The notes beneath the pieces were generated by a model that was given only the letters and a program-made list of their open reading frames with translations, did no database searches and had not been told where the DNA came from. Below, in pieces: positions 7,116 to 7,973 of a DNA stretch of 7,973 nt (within the stretch, counting starts at the first letter, position 1; each line of letters begins with the position of its first letter). Source of the DNA: Candidatus Krumholzibacteriia bacterium (GTDB lineage Bacteria > Krumholzibacteriota > Krumholzibacteriia > LZORAL124-64-63); NCBI GenBank assembly GCA_036351155.1, contig JAZBOO010000075.1:1-7973 (forward strand). The letters run 5' to 3'. The position numbers and the translations under genes were made by a program.

Positions 7116-7151
7116 CAGAAACGGCGGCTCCTGAGAGCCGCCGTTTTGCTG
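7116..7151. terminator. Rho-independent terminator, likely bidirectional, between convergent genes
   Basis: Perfect 12-bp inverted repeat AAACGGCGGCTC (7119-7130) / GAGCCGCCGTTT (7135-7146) with a CTGA loop and short T/A tails on both sides. Confidence 0.85.
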
Positions 7152-7168
7152 TCTCATGATAACCTGGG

Positions 7169-7973
7169 TCAACGATAAAGCGCCTTCACCCCATCAAGGG
7201 TGATGGCCTCGGTGGCCACCGGGCCGTCGGCCAGGGGCAGGAAGTTCACGAAGAAGTTGACGATGTAGGGAGGATCGTTTCCATCGAGGATGAACTCTGA
7301 GATTTCATCCACGTCCTGGGTGCCCCAGTAGTTGTTGGTCATGTCCAGAAATACTTGTTCTTCCCCCCAAGGCCAATAATCCAGGACACTCCGTACGTAC
7401 AGAGCTTCTCCATTCCGAATGAAATGGTTGTTGTTGAAGGAGGATTGTCCCACCCCGGGTCCTCCCACAAAGACACAACTTCTCACTGGCTCGAAAGTGT
7501 TGTTGTAGGCGACAAGATTGTAATCGTAGATCAGATAGATTTCGTCGGAATCGGAGAACCGCAGCACGCTGTCATGAACCACCACATGCGAATCACTCAC
7601 CGTGATGGCATCATTAAAATACTCGACATGACAATTGTCCACTTCAATGGACGCGCCTGATGACACGTAGAAGCCTGAGCCGCCCTGATACGTCGGCGGG
7701 GCAGAGAGATGACAGTTGCGGATCACGATGCCGGAAGTGTCCGAACCCCAAAACCCCATGCCATATTGGCTGTTTTCAAACTGGCAGTCTTCTATCACCA
7801 TTCCTGAAGTCGGTCCACTGGTTCTAATGCAGTATTCGGGCAAGTCTTTAAAATTGCAGTTTCGGATCAAGCTTCCACTGGAATTCCAACTTTTGATGCC
7901 AACAGTCCAGTTATTTGCCAAGCTGCTGTCGGTAAAACTACAATCAGTCACCTCCAGATAGTCGAACCCGGAG
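7169..7973 (-). CDS. Right-handed parallel beta-helix (pectin-lyase-like) repeat protein, 5'-truncated by the window edge, probably secreted
   Basis: The frame stays open upstream of 7951 to the edge (…SGFDYLEVTDCSF). Repeats such as LIRNCNF, VIEDCQFENS, VIRNCHL, EVDNCHV, AYNNTF and FNNNHF are typical of beta-helices. It contains DMTNNYWGT and ends PVATEAITLDGVKALYR. Confidence 0.8.
   Translation of the reverse strand, partial: SGFDYLEVTDCSFTDSSLANNWTVGIKSWNSSGSLIRNCNFKDLPEYCIRTSGPTSGMVIEDCQFENSQYGMGFWGSDTSGIVIRNCHLSAPPTYQGGSGFYVSSGASIEVDNCHVEYFNDAITVSDSHVVVHDSVLRFSDSDEIYLIYDYNLVAYNNTFEPVRSCVFVGGPGVGQSSFNNNHFIRNGEALYVRSVLDYWPWGEEQVFLDMTNNYWGTQDVDEISEFILDGNDPPYIVNFFVNFLPLADGPVATEAITLDGVKALYR

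Noticed and set aside
1..7973. CRISPR array, tRNA (including tRNA-Sec), rRNA, IS or integrase
   Set aside because: No regularly spaced direct repeats, cloverleaf or transposase/integrase motifs were seen. The intergenic gaps are short and otherwise explained.

Overview
GC-rich bacterial window from a diderm organism. The C-terminal sorting motifs suggest the FCB group, Krumholzibacteriota/Latescibacterota-like (inference only). A minus-strand gene run encodes an MBL-fold hydrolase, a membrane HAMP-PP2C/SpoIIE phosphatase, an OPA/GlpT-family MFS transporter and a TonB-dependent receptor that runs off the left edge and is missing from the ORF track. Divergent from this run, two + strand ORFs in the track (6241..6444 and 6514..7083) are best read as one gene with an in-frame TGA. 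It encodes a signal peptide, a thioredoxin-fold (redoxin/TlpA-like) domain with a U-G-S-C motif, and a FlgD-Ig/T9SS-like C-terminal domain. A bacterial SECIS-like hairpin starts right after the UGA, so this is a probable exported selenoprotein and the main finding. A bidirectional terminator follows, then the 3' part of a convergent, lower-GC beta-helix repeat gene ending in a 'TLDGVKALYR' motif.
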